Of a DNA stretch of 64,000 nt, positions 1-11,302 are shown in pieces. The notes beneath the pieces are model-generated. The model did not search any database. It was not told the origin of the DNA and saw only the letters and a list, made by a program, of their open reading frames with translations. The stretch's first letter is position 1, and each line of letters opens with the position of its first letter. A program made the translations under genes and the position numbers. This DNA comes from Tubiluchus corallicola (Eukaryota > Animalia > Priapulida). Location of the stretch: assembly GCA_030141605.1 (NCBI GenBank), contig JAQGDQ010000032.1, forward strand, positions 186,001-250,000, given 5' to 3'.

Positions 1-1752
1 CTTCCAGGCGACAATACCATTGCCATCGACGGCCCCAACAAAAATTACTATATTTTAGATAATGTTCTTATATGGGGCGAGTAGAAACAGACATTAACAC
101 AACAAGAAAAGCAATCATGTAAACGATTAGACTTATGTCTGATGCAGAGCATGCTCGAAACACAAAGTAAACTACATATATACAATCTCGTTTATAAAGT
201 AATAATTATTACATCCTAAAATATTCTATAATTATTACAAGTGCAGGTTAAGCTTCGCGAGCCTCTCAACACTATCTCGCTTAGGTAGTAAGCTTTAAAG
301 TTAAATCCATCATTATTTAGATAATGCAGCAAGACTAGTCTACCGTTATCGAAAAGATCCAGGATTCATTAATTTGGAGATCTACGACTGACGTATTTTG
401 ACTGATAAATTAACCCTTTCCTTAAGTTTATCGTCTGGGTTATAGTCAATGACGTCATTAGAACTACTGAATAGTGTACTCACAAACATCTTAATCAAAC
501 AGTATAAGATCGTCTATCTAAAAATCAATACTGTGGAATTGATGTCAGTCGCGCAAAATGTCTCTCCAATGTAGAAATTATAATTTTTTGCTCACTTATG
601 AGTAGACAAAACAGTTTTTTATTCTATGTACGGGGACTCTACAGAATGTGATCTTTCATTATTATTAATTATTGATTGAAACGATATCAGTTTTCTATTA
701 TTTGATATAACGTTCCGATAAGGTTATATAGGATTTTGATTTTTTTAAATAGTATCGCTTTGTGCTCTCATTTAATTAGTTTTATCTTTGTTTAAATACT
801 TCAAGTCATCCTATTTACATATTTCAAAATGTTATTTTCACTGTAAATGAATTATTGTTAGGTATCTTACTATAGTTACTTACTAAATTATTTTATTTAT
901 TTTACTTTTATTATTAACTACATGTGATAACAACAATAACTAATAACAATATTTTTTACAAACAACTTTTATTTATACCCAAAAAACATCGTTTGTGAAC
1001 TGACAACTACGATTTTTCACTTTAGGGTTAATTTGTCTTTTGTGGGCAATTTGTCTTTTAAAACCGGAAGCTAACGACATGTTTACTCGGCTCTAATTTC
1101 GCAGTCAGTAGTCCGACAACTCTCAATTAAACCCGGCAAGTTACTCCAACTCTATTCGCCACACTTTCATTTAGCTTTACGTGACCGCCATGTGCTATGT
1201 CCAGGTTTTCGCTACCTATTTCACTTTTGGCTATCTACTTCATTAAAAATTACTTAAAACAACACTTTTTTCATATTTTTTTCAATTTATCGTAATTAGT
1301 GTCTAAGTGATGAGTCAGTGCCCTCAGTTAGCAGACCCAGACACTCGTACTAGTATAGCAACTAGACGAGTGTCAGTTCATCAGTGAAATGATATAATAT
1401 TTGCAAAATAAGTTTATTTGTCCTGGTTAGACGATGAATCTATTCGGTAGTTCGATAAAGGTACATGTACAGCACAACTAGCTTGTTATATTTACTATAG
1501 TGTGGATTTATAATCGAAAAGCTTTTTTTAATTAATGAAAAATCCCACATTTAGGAAAAAAGAGAAAATGCGACATTTCAAATCAAGAGCGCGGTTTATC
1601 ATCAGGTGAAATATTCCAGAAGAGACAAATCACTTAAAATTACTAATAACGACTTTTTGCTTTATTTTATATTATTAAAGTATTATTACTAGACTTGTGC
1701 AGCTAGTTGAGAATGAGAATGAACGTGAAGAATGACAGTTTGCTATTAATAA

Positions 1753-1932
1753 CGTCTATGGGGGTATTGGTCGCAAGTTAGTACAGTCGCTCCAGGCGCG
1801 ACTAAACCAGCATACTTCAGCCAACACAAGTGCAGGAGCACCCCTAAATGTATTCGTTGGACCCAAGTGTATGATGGCAATCAAAACCGTACTGACTTCT
1901 CTGATGAAGTAGTATGTAATTCTTCAAGCTAA
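1753..1932 (+). pseudogene. Decayed LDL-receptor class A (LDLa) module preceded by a WxxWS (TSP1-like) motif
   Basis: Frame reads RLWGYWSQVSTVAPGATKPAYFSQHKCRSTPKCIRWTQVYDGNQNRTDFSDEVVCNSSS*. This matches LDLa C..C....CI.....CDG..DC.D.SDE..C, but three Cys positions are TAC, TAT and CGT (one base from Cys codons). Bounded by stops, no clear splice sites. Confidence 0.45.
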
Positions 1933-2599
1933 TAGTGCAATAATTTTATCACATTGTTGGGTATTGCTGGATAGGTGTGCACCTTCGTTTTAAAGAGATG
2001 GGCAATTTTGATCTTTCAAGCAGGGAGCCATTATGCATGATCTTTTACACTCACGGGACCAGGGACAGGAAACTCGCAGAGTTCTATAAGTGTAAATGTA
2101 ACGAGCTGTAAGTCAAATATAATGATTGTTCACCTGCTTTTATCTCGCAATTGCAACACGCACTAGTTGGTCTACTTCATATGATTATTATGAATTATGG
2201 ATTTTAAAGTGTGACATTTTGACATACTGTATACGGTTTTACTATACTACTACCTGTTTTGATTAATGAACTTTGCACAGAACTGGGCTGCTTTATGTGC
2301 CCTAATGCCCTGCTGTTAAGTGCAATGATGATCACTTGATGGCAGCACCATGCAATATCAGCTGTCACGTCAAAATTATTATTTTTTTTAGAAAATTCAG
2401 TTAATATACTAAGATCTTATTTATTATTGACGATATATAAGTCTAGCTTATTATTAAGATGTAGAGCTGCCTTTGCCACTCTGGTATGTGACTGCATCTT
2501 CCTTGAGCTAGGCAAACAGCCAGAATGATGACTAAAATTTCCTAGGATTATTGAACCTAGGTGAATGACCAACCTCGGTATTGCTTCACATCGGTCGTC

Positions 2600-2775
2600 A
2601 ATTGTTATTTATATTATCTGTTATCAATGGTGTTATTTATATTGTTTGTTTTTCAATGGTGTTATTTATATTCTTTTCTATCAATATCAGCAACTCCATT
2701 GTTTATTACCAATGGTGTTATTGATATTGTTTGTTATGAATGGTATCATTCAAATTATTTGTTATCAAAAGTGTA
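2600..2775. repeat. Degenerate ~28-30 bp tandem repeat (core tgttatcaatggtgttatttatatt)
   Basis: Core recurs about six times; explains the spurious hydrophobic ORFs at 2561-2852. Confidence 0.65.
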
Positions 2776-4356
2776 CCGTTTTAAATTGTCTTGTTGTATT
2801 GCAGGTTATTAACTTTCACATGTACATGGGAAAATTCATGTCATGGTTGTAAAACCACTCTGATTTAAACCAGAGAAATTATGTTAAAATTAGTAAAAAT
2901 TACGCATTCAACGGTACTTAAAAACATTTATGATGCATAAATAATCATGACCAACGGTATGAATACTTAAATAACATTAAATGGTTATGGTTTATACTTT
3001 ATAGGCTCACTGTTCGCACAGTCAGTAAATTTTTTATAAGACCGGATGGATTTTATAGACTTTTTTGTAAGGCTTATTAAACTTTTGGAATACGACAAAT
3101 CTGTAAACTTATTTACGCAACTAGTTTAGATGTAAAACTGCGCAATACTTAATTCAGAAGAACAGTCGCATGGCTCTTGCGCAATAAACAATGCCCTTGA
3201 GTATTATGAATAATAGTAACTGCTCTATTTATGGTTTAAGTTTTTACTGTTTTCCTAAGATCTCGTGTACGCTGGTTAGGCACTTTAACACAGAGGAGTA
3301 GACGGACGGCGTTACTGAGTTGGCATGCGCTGACAAAATTAGTGTATTATTGAAAAATTTTAAAGTTAAAAAATCAAATAGAAGCAAAGTTGATCATTGA
3401 AAAAATAATGGTACCGCTATTGCCATGCCATGAAATTCAGCGAACAATAGTAAACTCACTGATATACACGTAACGTAACGTAACTAATCTAATCTATTGT
3501 AACCTAACACAACCTAACCAAACGTAACGTAGCATAAATTGATCTAACTTCGTTTTCCTACTTTGTATTTGTAATAATGAAATTAAGGACAACTGAGGTC
3601 TTTTACCCCAAAGAGAAATGGAACAGCCTAAAGAAATGAGCATTTATAATTTGGGAGTTTATAAAAGCCCTAACTCTATTAGAAAGCGCACTCTACTAGT
3701 CAAAGTTAAATGTCAACTTGCAAACAAATCTTATCAAAAAGTGTAAAGTAAGTTATAGTCCTCAACTAGTTGCATATTAAACTAATATCAATTTCTCTCG
3801 TGCTGTGAAAAAATGTGTGCATTCCTCACGGATGAATTTTTTTATATTGCTTACGATATCCTAATAAAGGCGTTCGGTTGTCAGATAAAATTGTTATAAT
3901 CAATGGATTGACTATACTGCAATGTCTTGAAGCAAGTACGCCCAATCACCACCACGCATTGATAAGCTTACAAGACAGGTTATTCAGGTTATACGCGATG
4001 AGTAAATTCTTTGATTATTCACAAAATTAATTATAAGTGCATTTACAAACAATTATGTGATTTCATTACAAGTGAACGCCTCTGGCGCAAACAAGCTATT
4101 TGAAATGATTTTGTGCTGCGCAATCCTGTAGAACTTTGGACTATAGCCGTTTTCCGAATGAGAATGTCAACAATGCCAGCGCCTAGTTTTATGAACAGGC
4201 CTCCATGCTGGCAAACTTAAATTTTCCTTCTCTTACATGAAGGTGGCATAACGATATTCATCTCACCAAGCGTGGGTTTTATATCACCTGGTGTTGTTTT
4301 TCAAAATGTGATTAAGTGACGTGTAAGTCACGATGTATGTGTACGGCTAGGTTTTA

Positions 4357-4366
4357 CTTATATATT
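4357..4366 (+). promoter_or_regulatory. Candidate TATA box of the Kazal inhibitor gene
   Basis: cttatatatt about 90 bp upstream of the ATG at 4449. Confidence 0.35.
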
Positions 4367-4448
4367 AGCACACCTGGCCTCAGATGACTGAAACAAGCAT
4401 AGACTAAAACAATTTCATACTACAGTACTTTGATGTGACAATTTGACA

Positions 4449-4491
4449 ATGTATTTTGTTCGGCCGACAGTCGTTTTTCTGGCCATTCTAG
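4449..4491 (+). CDS. Kazal gene exon 1 (signal peptide [15 protein letters not shown])
   Basis: ATG, hydrophobic run, phase-1 donor CTAG|gtaggt that matches the phase-1 start of exon 2. Confidence 0.75.
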
Positions 4492-7400
4492 GTAGGTGTT
4501 AGTGATTTTATTCAGCGCGTTTTAACAGACTACTGTAACTGGCCAGACGCCAGTTAATAATACCATGTATACTCTTGTGATTTTTGACTTTGTCAAGCTT
4601 TCAGTTTCAGCCGCTTTGCTGATAAAGCAAAAACTTTTTAGAAGTTTATGCATTAGCCACATTTTTAAAAACGAAAACCGTAATTGTGTGAAAATGTGGT
4701 GTCAGGTACAAAATTTTATCTGTGGATCCAGAAGGCTGCTTCGTTCGGGCGTGATTAAGTTTTTTATATCGAAGACGGACACGTAACGAAGACGACTGTA
4801 TATAATTTGGGCTTTTGTCATCATTCGTAGAACTGGTATTTGAAAAGTTTGTCGCTGTGATTTTGTTGTTGTTGTTATGGTTGTCATCGTCGTTGCCTAC
4901 GACTTTTCATAAATATATACGGGGCTTTATACCCTGCCCACAGCGGCAAGTGTTGCAAATCTGTAAATTGGACATAATCAGCTCGATCAAACGAGCGCTA
5001 TTGTGTCGAACCTGCAAATCAGTAGATGTGGAAATTATTGTCATTCAAACATTCGTTAAGCTTATTTGAAAATAAACGAAAGAAATACATGTATATCGGG
5101 TCTCAAATTTCGTGATTTTCAATGCGAAACAGGAAATTTGTCGAGCTTCTGCTTCCTGTTGCCATCCTGCTGCAAATAGACTACAAATGTTTCTGTTATT
5201 ACTAAGTACCACCACCACCAGCACCACCATCATCATCATCGTCATCATCATCGTCATCATCATCATCATCATCGTCGTCGTCACGTCCATCATCAAGAAT
5301 ACAATGCAATGTAGAATTTTAGTCGCTGTATACAGAGGCCTAATCATATTAAACTTACTTATTGCATAAGAAATTCGATTCTAAGCGACATGGTGTGTGG
5401 CACATACACGCACATGAAGGTAGGTAAACAATTCCTTTCACCTTGTTCGTCTCCTACAAACTCAACCAGCAAATTTAACTTTTGTCATTTTCAATATGAT
5501 TTCGCCGCATCTGTAATATTCAAGCTCCGCACAGAATGTCAATACTGGTACCGTGAAGCCAATATTTGGCTTCGGAAACAAAATGTAATTTTCAGATTGT
5601 TTGGATAAAACAGCAGACATGTTGATCTTTGATTCTGCTGATAAATTTATCTTTTATGCATCACGGATAGTTTTTGCAAAACTGGATTCAAATTTTTGCG
5701 TCAAATGTTTTAGTTTTGGGTTCTCTTGTCAGTGATTGAAAGATCGAATAGGATTTAACCACAGATAATATCACAGAATTATAAGTCTGAAGCGCTTTAT
5801 TGACTTAATAAAAACCTACCGAGAACCTTGGTGAACACGTTTGGACATTTTTAGCGATGGTAGATCTTAGAATAAATTTCGAAAAGAACAGAACAAATTT
5901 CGTAGGCACAAGCACGTGGGAGGCTACCCTGTGGCAAGCAATAGAAATTTATAAATGAAAAACGGAGGTAGTACAAAGCATTGTCTACGTAAAAAAAGGC
6001 AATTTATTCTACGCAAAGGTGATGATGATGATGATGATGATGATGATGACGACGACGACGACGACGATGATGATGATGATGATAATGATGATCATACGAT
6101 GGTGATGGTGATGATGATGATTGACAGTAATGATGATGGTAGTATGCTTACCATGAGTGAGCCAGCAAGTGAATGAGTGAATGTGCGAATGATGGCGCGA
6201 GCGAGTGTCTGCATTCTGAATAGCTGAGTTGCTTAGTGAGTGGATTAGTAACTAGGTAAATGAATAGGAGGGGAGAGAGAGCGAGAGAAAGAGACGTAAC
6301 CAACTGACTGACTGACCGACAGACCGAACGACCAACCACAATCAACCAACCAAGCACCGACCCATACACCCACCAGCCAGCCAACCTACCAACTAACCAA
6401 CCAACCAGCCAGCCAGCCAACCAACCAACCAGCAAACCAACCAACCAACCAACAAGCAAACAAACAATGAACCAAATAAATAAAGTAAATAAGCAAACAA
6501 CAACAATATGGGTGATCGAACAGATGGTGGGTTGGTAAGTTTGTTATGCAGGTAAATGATGTTTGCTAGCACTCAGTTTGAGTCAGCTGTTATTGTGCCC
6601 AGTGAAAGTTTGCCAGCTCGAAGGCTAAGAGACGTTAACGCGGAAATATCTTCCACTGTCATGCTTTAAATTACATGCTTCAATCATGATTCATACTTTG
6701 CATCAAAGTCAAGTACCGAAATGCCATCGTTAATGATTAAAACTTAAACACGTGTTTTTATTTTTGATCACACTCAACAATAGCATCTATGATCAACCAT
6801 TATTCATTAGCAACTATTTGGTGATGGAGAAAACGAATTCTTAAAATGAAAATAACAGCCAGCACCCACTTAAGTAACGACAAGGATTTTATTCAGACAC
6901 AAACATCTGGAACGTTTCAACACAGTTAAGGTCATGTTCACGCAACAATCCACCTAAATAAAAAATGCATTGCAAAAAATACAAAAATCAACATTGTGAG
7001 AAGCAAACAAGACATATACTAAATTGTAAACTTACGTATTGTGTAGTACAATGCCAAATGATAGAAAAAATAAAGTTATGTTACTCCAACACAATTCATT
7101 CTCTGCAAAATGTCTGGGTGTAGAAATAAGAGAAACCTTTGGACATAAAATGAAGAACAACGCTGTAAACGAGCAGCTAGAAGGAAAAATTACTCGTTAA
7201 AATTTGAAAACAGAAATGTTATTTATTGAATTTTGCAGGATGCATTCTTAAGGGCAGTGCAGCAGACAAGTGCGACAAAGCTTGCCCAAGAAACTATGAC
7301 CCAGTTTGCGCTGATGATGACCACAATTACAACAACATATGTTTAATGGAAGTCGCAGGGTGTAAGGCAAACAGAAAACTTAGAGTGGTACGTACGTAGC

Positions 7401-10400
7401 CATATTCATCATCATAAATATTATATCTCTTACATAACAAAAACCACCAAATTTTTGGTTAAATAATAATAAAAATACGATTTTCGATTGTTTTGACTAA
7501 ATGGATAAATAAATTTCCTACTTAGTTCTCGCAATAATTAATTTTTTTGCAGTCTTGGATAGCCGGCATTTTTACAATTCTGTTCCTTATAAGCCTTTGG
7601 AATTGCATGCTTATAAGTCATTCATGGAGAATGAAATATTGGATAAAAATTTGCAAAGCTCTGGCTTTCAATCCTTGCCAAGGTTGAGACTTACTAACTC
7701 TGGCACACGAAAAAGAGAAAGACGTTTAGGTGTAAGAATTCCTGGCGTGCCTATTTCTGGCGCCCATATACTCCCGAAAGGCAAAACTTACACGCTTTCT
7801 ACTTTGCGCAGGTTTTTGTAATTCCAAATGTGGCATCTGTTGCAACAGAAACGTTTAAATTTAGGCTATACTTAACCACTGATGTAGATAATCATATAAT
7901 TCACATTGGATTGAAAAAAAACTACAATTAGCTCCTGTCTAGTTAACATTTATTTTCAAAGTAGGAAAAAGGTGAAAGGATGCTTTCATTAAAAAAAATG
8001 AAAAGTTGGGTTTTTTTGTTTTTGAATACATTTGTGTCTACCTGTGTATGTGAATGCAGACTATGTTGCAAGTGCAAATTTACATTAAGGTCCAATAATA
8101 AATAGATTATAACTTATTGTAGGGTATATATGTCACCTTGTAAGCAATATTAGTGATTATGTTACTGTCTGAAACACCAAAGCATTACTTTATTTCAAAG
8201 TATTGTACTGTACGAGGTGCATCTTCTCATGTATTTGTATAAATACTTAAGAGTCGCTTCCTAAGCCCTGAAGGAGTTGGCCCCTAAAAAGAGATTATTG
8301 TTATAAAAATTAAAATGAATAAAGAAGTCAATTTAAAATAAGTTTAATTTTTAACTAAATTTTATTCACAAATTAAAACCGAAATATTATTAAAACTTGG
8401 ATTTCAGCAAAGAAAACGTTGGTTGAAAGGACAAAATATATCCTTTTGAGTATGCAATAATCTAAACGACTGATTTATGTACATATGCGAACAATTCTGC
8501 TGTTTGCTTATCTAACTTAATTACCCAAATGTTTTAGACGTATTCTAGGTTTAGTCAATATGGAGAAAAACCTTTTACGCAATTTTTAAACTACCAAAGG
8601 TGTACTATGGTATGCATATGTGTGCGTATTATGGAGGCGAAAATATACCTACCAAATTGACATGGGTTAGCTATCTCAGCTGGGTTTAAGATGTTTCATC
8701 AAGTGAGATCCTTTCAGTTGCTACCTGTGGATCTCATTTAAATGTGACCAGTTGTGACACTAGATTGGTTGTACCGCGGAGACCAAAATGGTCTCCAAGA
8801 CAAAATATACATATGTTGTCTATTTCACAACACGTTGCATCACGTTGTTTATTTGTTTGTTCAGGTAAGACACGGTTTATGCGCCCATCTTCAGAACGAA
8901 GACGAACCAATGCATCGGGCACCATTTATGAGTGAATCGGAAACCATGTTTTTGCCAAAATGCCAGGAATCCATGCTGAATGGGTGCACGCGAGAGTATG
9001 ATCCGGTTTGCGGCGAAGATCTTGTTACTTATTCAAATGAGTGCCAACTCTGTGTGGTAGTACTGAAAGCGCAGAAAGCTGGTGAAAATAAAGTTATTCG
9101 AATTAGACACAGAGGTAACTATGAGCTATTCCATTAAAAATGTTACTACACTTTGTAGATTAATTAAATTAAATGTGTGGTTTGAGCTTTGCTAAAGTGA
9201 AAAATGTTGAGCAAATGTAATTTTGCGTTCCTCTTGCTTAACGTTTCATTTTACTGATCGCAGCTATATTGGCGTTTGAAGTAATCTTTTACATAAATGC
9301 CAAATTGTCTTTTTAACATGCTTGTCACTTTAGTTAGAAGCACTATGCGTTCAAACTATCAGAAGTCTATTCAAACGATACAACAGGATCAGTATTTCAC
9401 CAGAAATGAAAAGCTCGCCGAATTATGTATTAAAGCTGAGTCATGTATTAATGTTTTAATGCGGAGTTCCATTATTAATTACAGGTTATTGCGTTATTAT
9501 AATAGTATGTCAATTCAGTTCACTTCAGATTTTTATTTCGGCAGCTAAGAACGTATAAAATACCAATAAAGTACAAATAAAATATGTAGTCAGCCTACAG
9601 TTATTTAGTGTCATAAATTATCATCAACAGTGGCTTTTTCAAATGGCGTAAGACAAGGGGCAGTGCATTCTACTGCCGTTGATATTTGTGTAATATATTC
9701 AAGGTCTTCTTGTGGCATTATCAATATGGACATTTAGATTTCTTGATAACGCCTACGATGACGCCTTGTGAATTGGTAGAAAATTATAGAAAATTACGCT
9801 CAGAAATACAGCATTATATTAGTTCGACATTTAGCGTAACAAGATAACGGGCAAATATTTAAATTCAAACGGTAAGCCGCGTATAAATCTTGATGGTTAT
9901 CTACTTAAATGGTGTGGAAAAGTTAAATATCTTGGTTGTTCGCTAACAGGAAATGTCTGTGCAAATTTCTCATGGCCTTGCAAAAGCTCAAAATCTAAAG
10001 TAATAAACCTTTTCACAGTTTTTCACAGTTCTGGTGATTGATGATGATCGTGAGAAGGTCAACGGTTAAGTGTGCCAGCGCATTTGTGTACACTTGACAA
10101 TGCATCGCAGCCCATGCTATTGTAATAGTAATTAAGAAAAGGGACGAATGCTAGCTATAGAACCTTACCTAGTTCATTTTTTCTTGTTCCCATGCAAGAT
10201 CCCGCAAGACTAATGTATAATTAAGTAAGTAAACAACTAAAGTTACTGAATTAGGTTTTGCTTTACCCACATGTCACGTGACAGTTGTAGCTAAGACACG
10301 TTGCTGTGGTACACTTAATCTTTGATCTATAGCAACTGGGTATGCGCACAACGAAACTGCGAAAAGGCTTATTCAAACTTTGTCATGTTTTTAAGTGTGT

Positions 10401-11268
10401 TATAGGCTAGAGATTTCCAAATTTTGAGTAGTCATATAATGTGGTGACACTGAGAAAGTAATTCAGCAGATTGACATTTTGCAGGCGAGTGTAACGAAGA
10501 GGACGCAAAACCAAAGCCTGCTCCAATGAGAGCCATCCCTGATATCGTCATTGAACCTCACTGCAGTGAGTCAGTCGCTTGTACACGTGATTATAATCCA
10601 GTATGCGGAACTGATGGAGTAACTTACCCAAATGAATGTTTACTCTGCGTACAGCGAAGGAAGCAAGCCGGTTTAAAAATTGCAAAGAGAGGTAAAATAC
10701 ACACAATAGTAATTTTTTACCATTTAATCTAATATTATACGCAAAATCATTAGCTGCAGGATTTTGAATGAATGTACATGTGCATATGTATGATATGTGC
10801 ATGTGCATGTGCATGTATTTTGGACTTTCTGCGCAAAGAAAATGTAAACCAGACTGAGAATCGTAGACAGAAGTATACAGTGTACTCATTAACTAAGAAA
10901 ACATCCTTGTGCAAGGCTTACGAAAACGCGACCAGGAAAGAAGTCACGTATTCTGTATCATGACGTCAAATAAAGCAATAGAGGTACTGGATCGAGGTAC
11001 TGGTCGGCATTTCGCGATCGGCGATCAGGACGCCAATTGAGTTTGATCTCGGGATCTCCACATTTTTCAGAGTTGTTCCCGACCCCGAATCATTAATATA
11101 ATTATCAGTAAATGCAGGTGATAAGAAAATTACAGTGAAATTCTGCAATTTTAGTTCCAATCTTATTATTACGTATAGCATAGGCGCCTAAATCCTGGAC
11201 GAAAAGAAGTTGTCTGAACTATAAGCATGCAGCCCAGCCTCCAAGCTACTAAGGCATTAATTATCCTG

Positions 11269-11302
<34 letters not shown>

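Noticed and set aside
130-170. Hammerhead-ribozyme-like CTGATGCA-GAGCATGCTC-GAAAC (similar motif on the minus strand near 55727-55760)
   Set aside because: The catalytic CUGANGA core is mismatched and no convincing stems I/III or cleavage triplet could be built; at most dead Penelope-type remnants.
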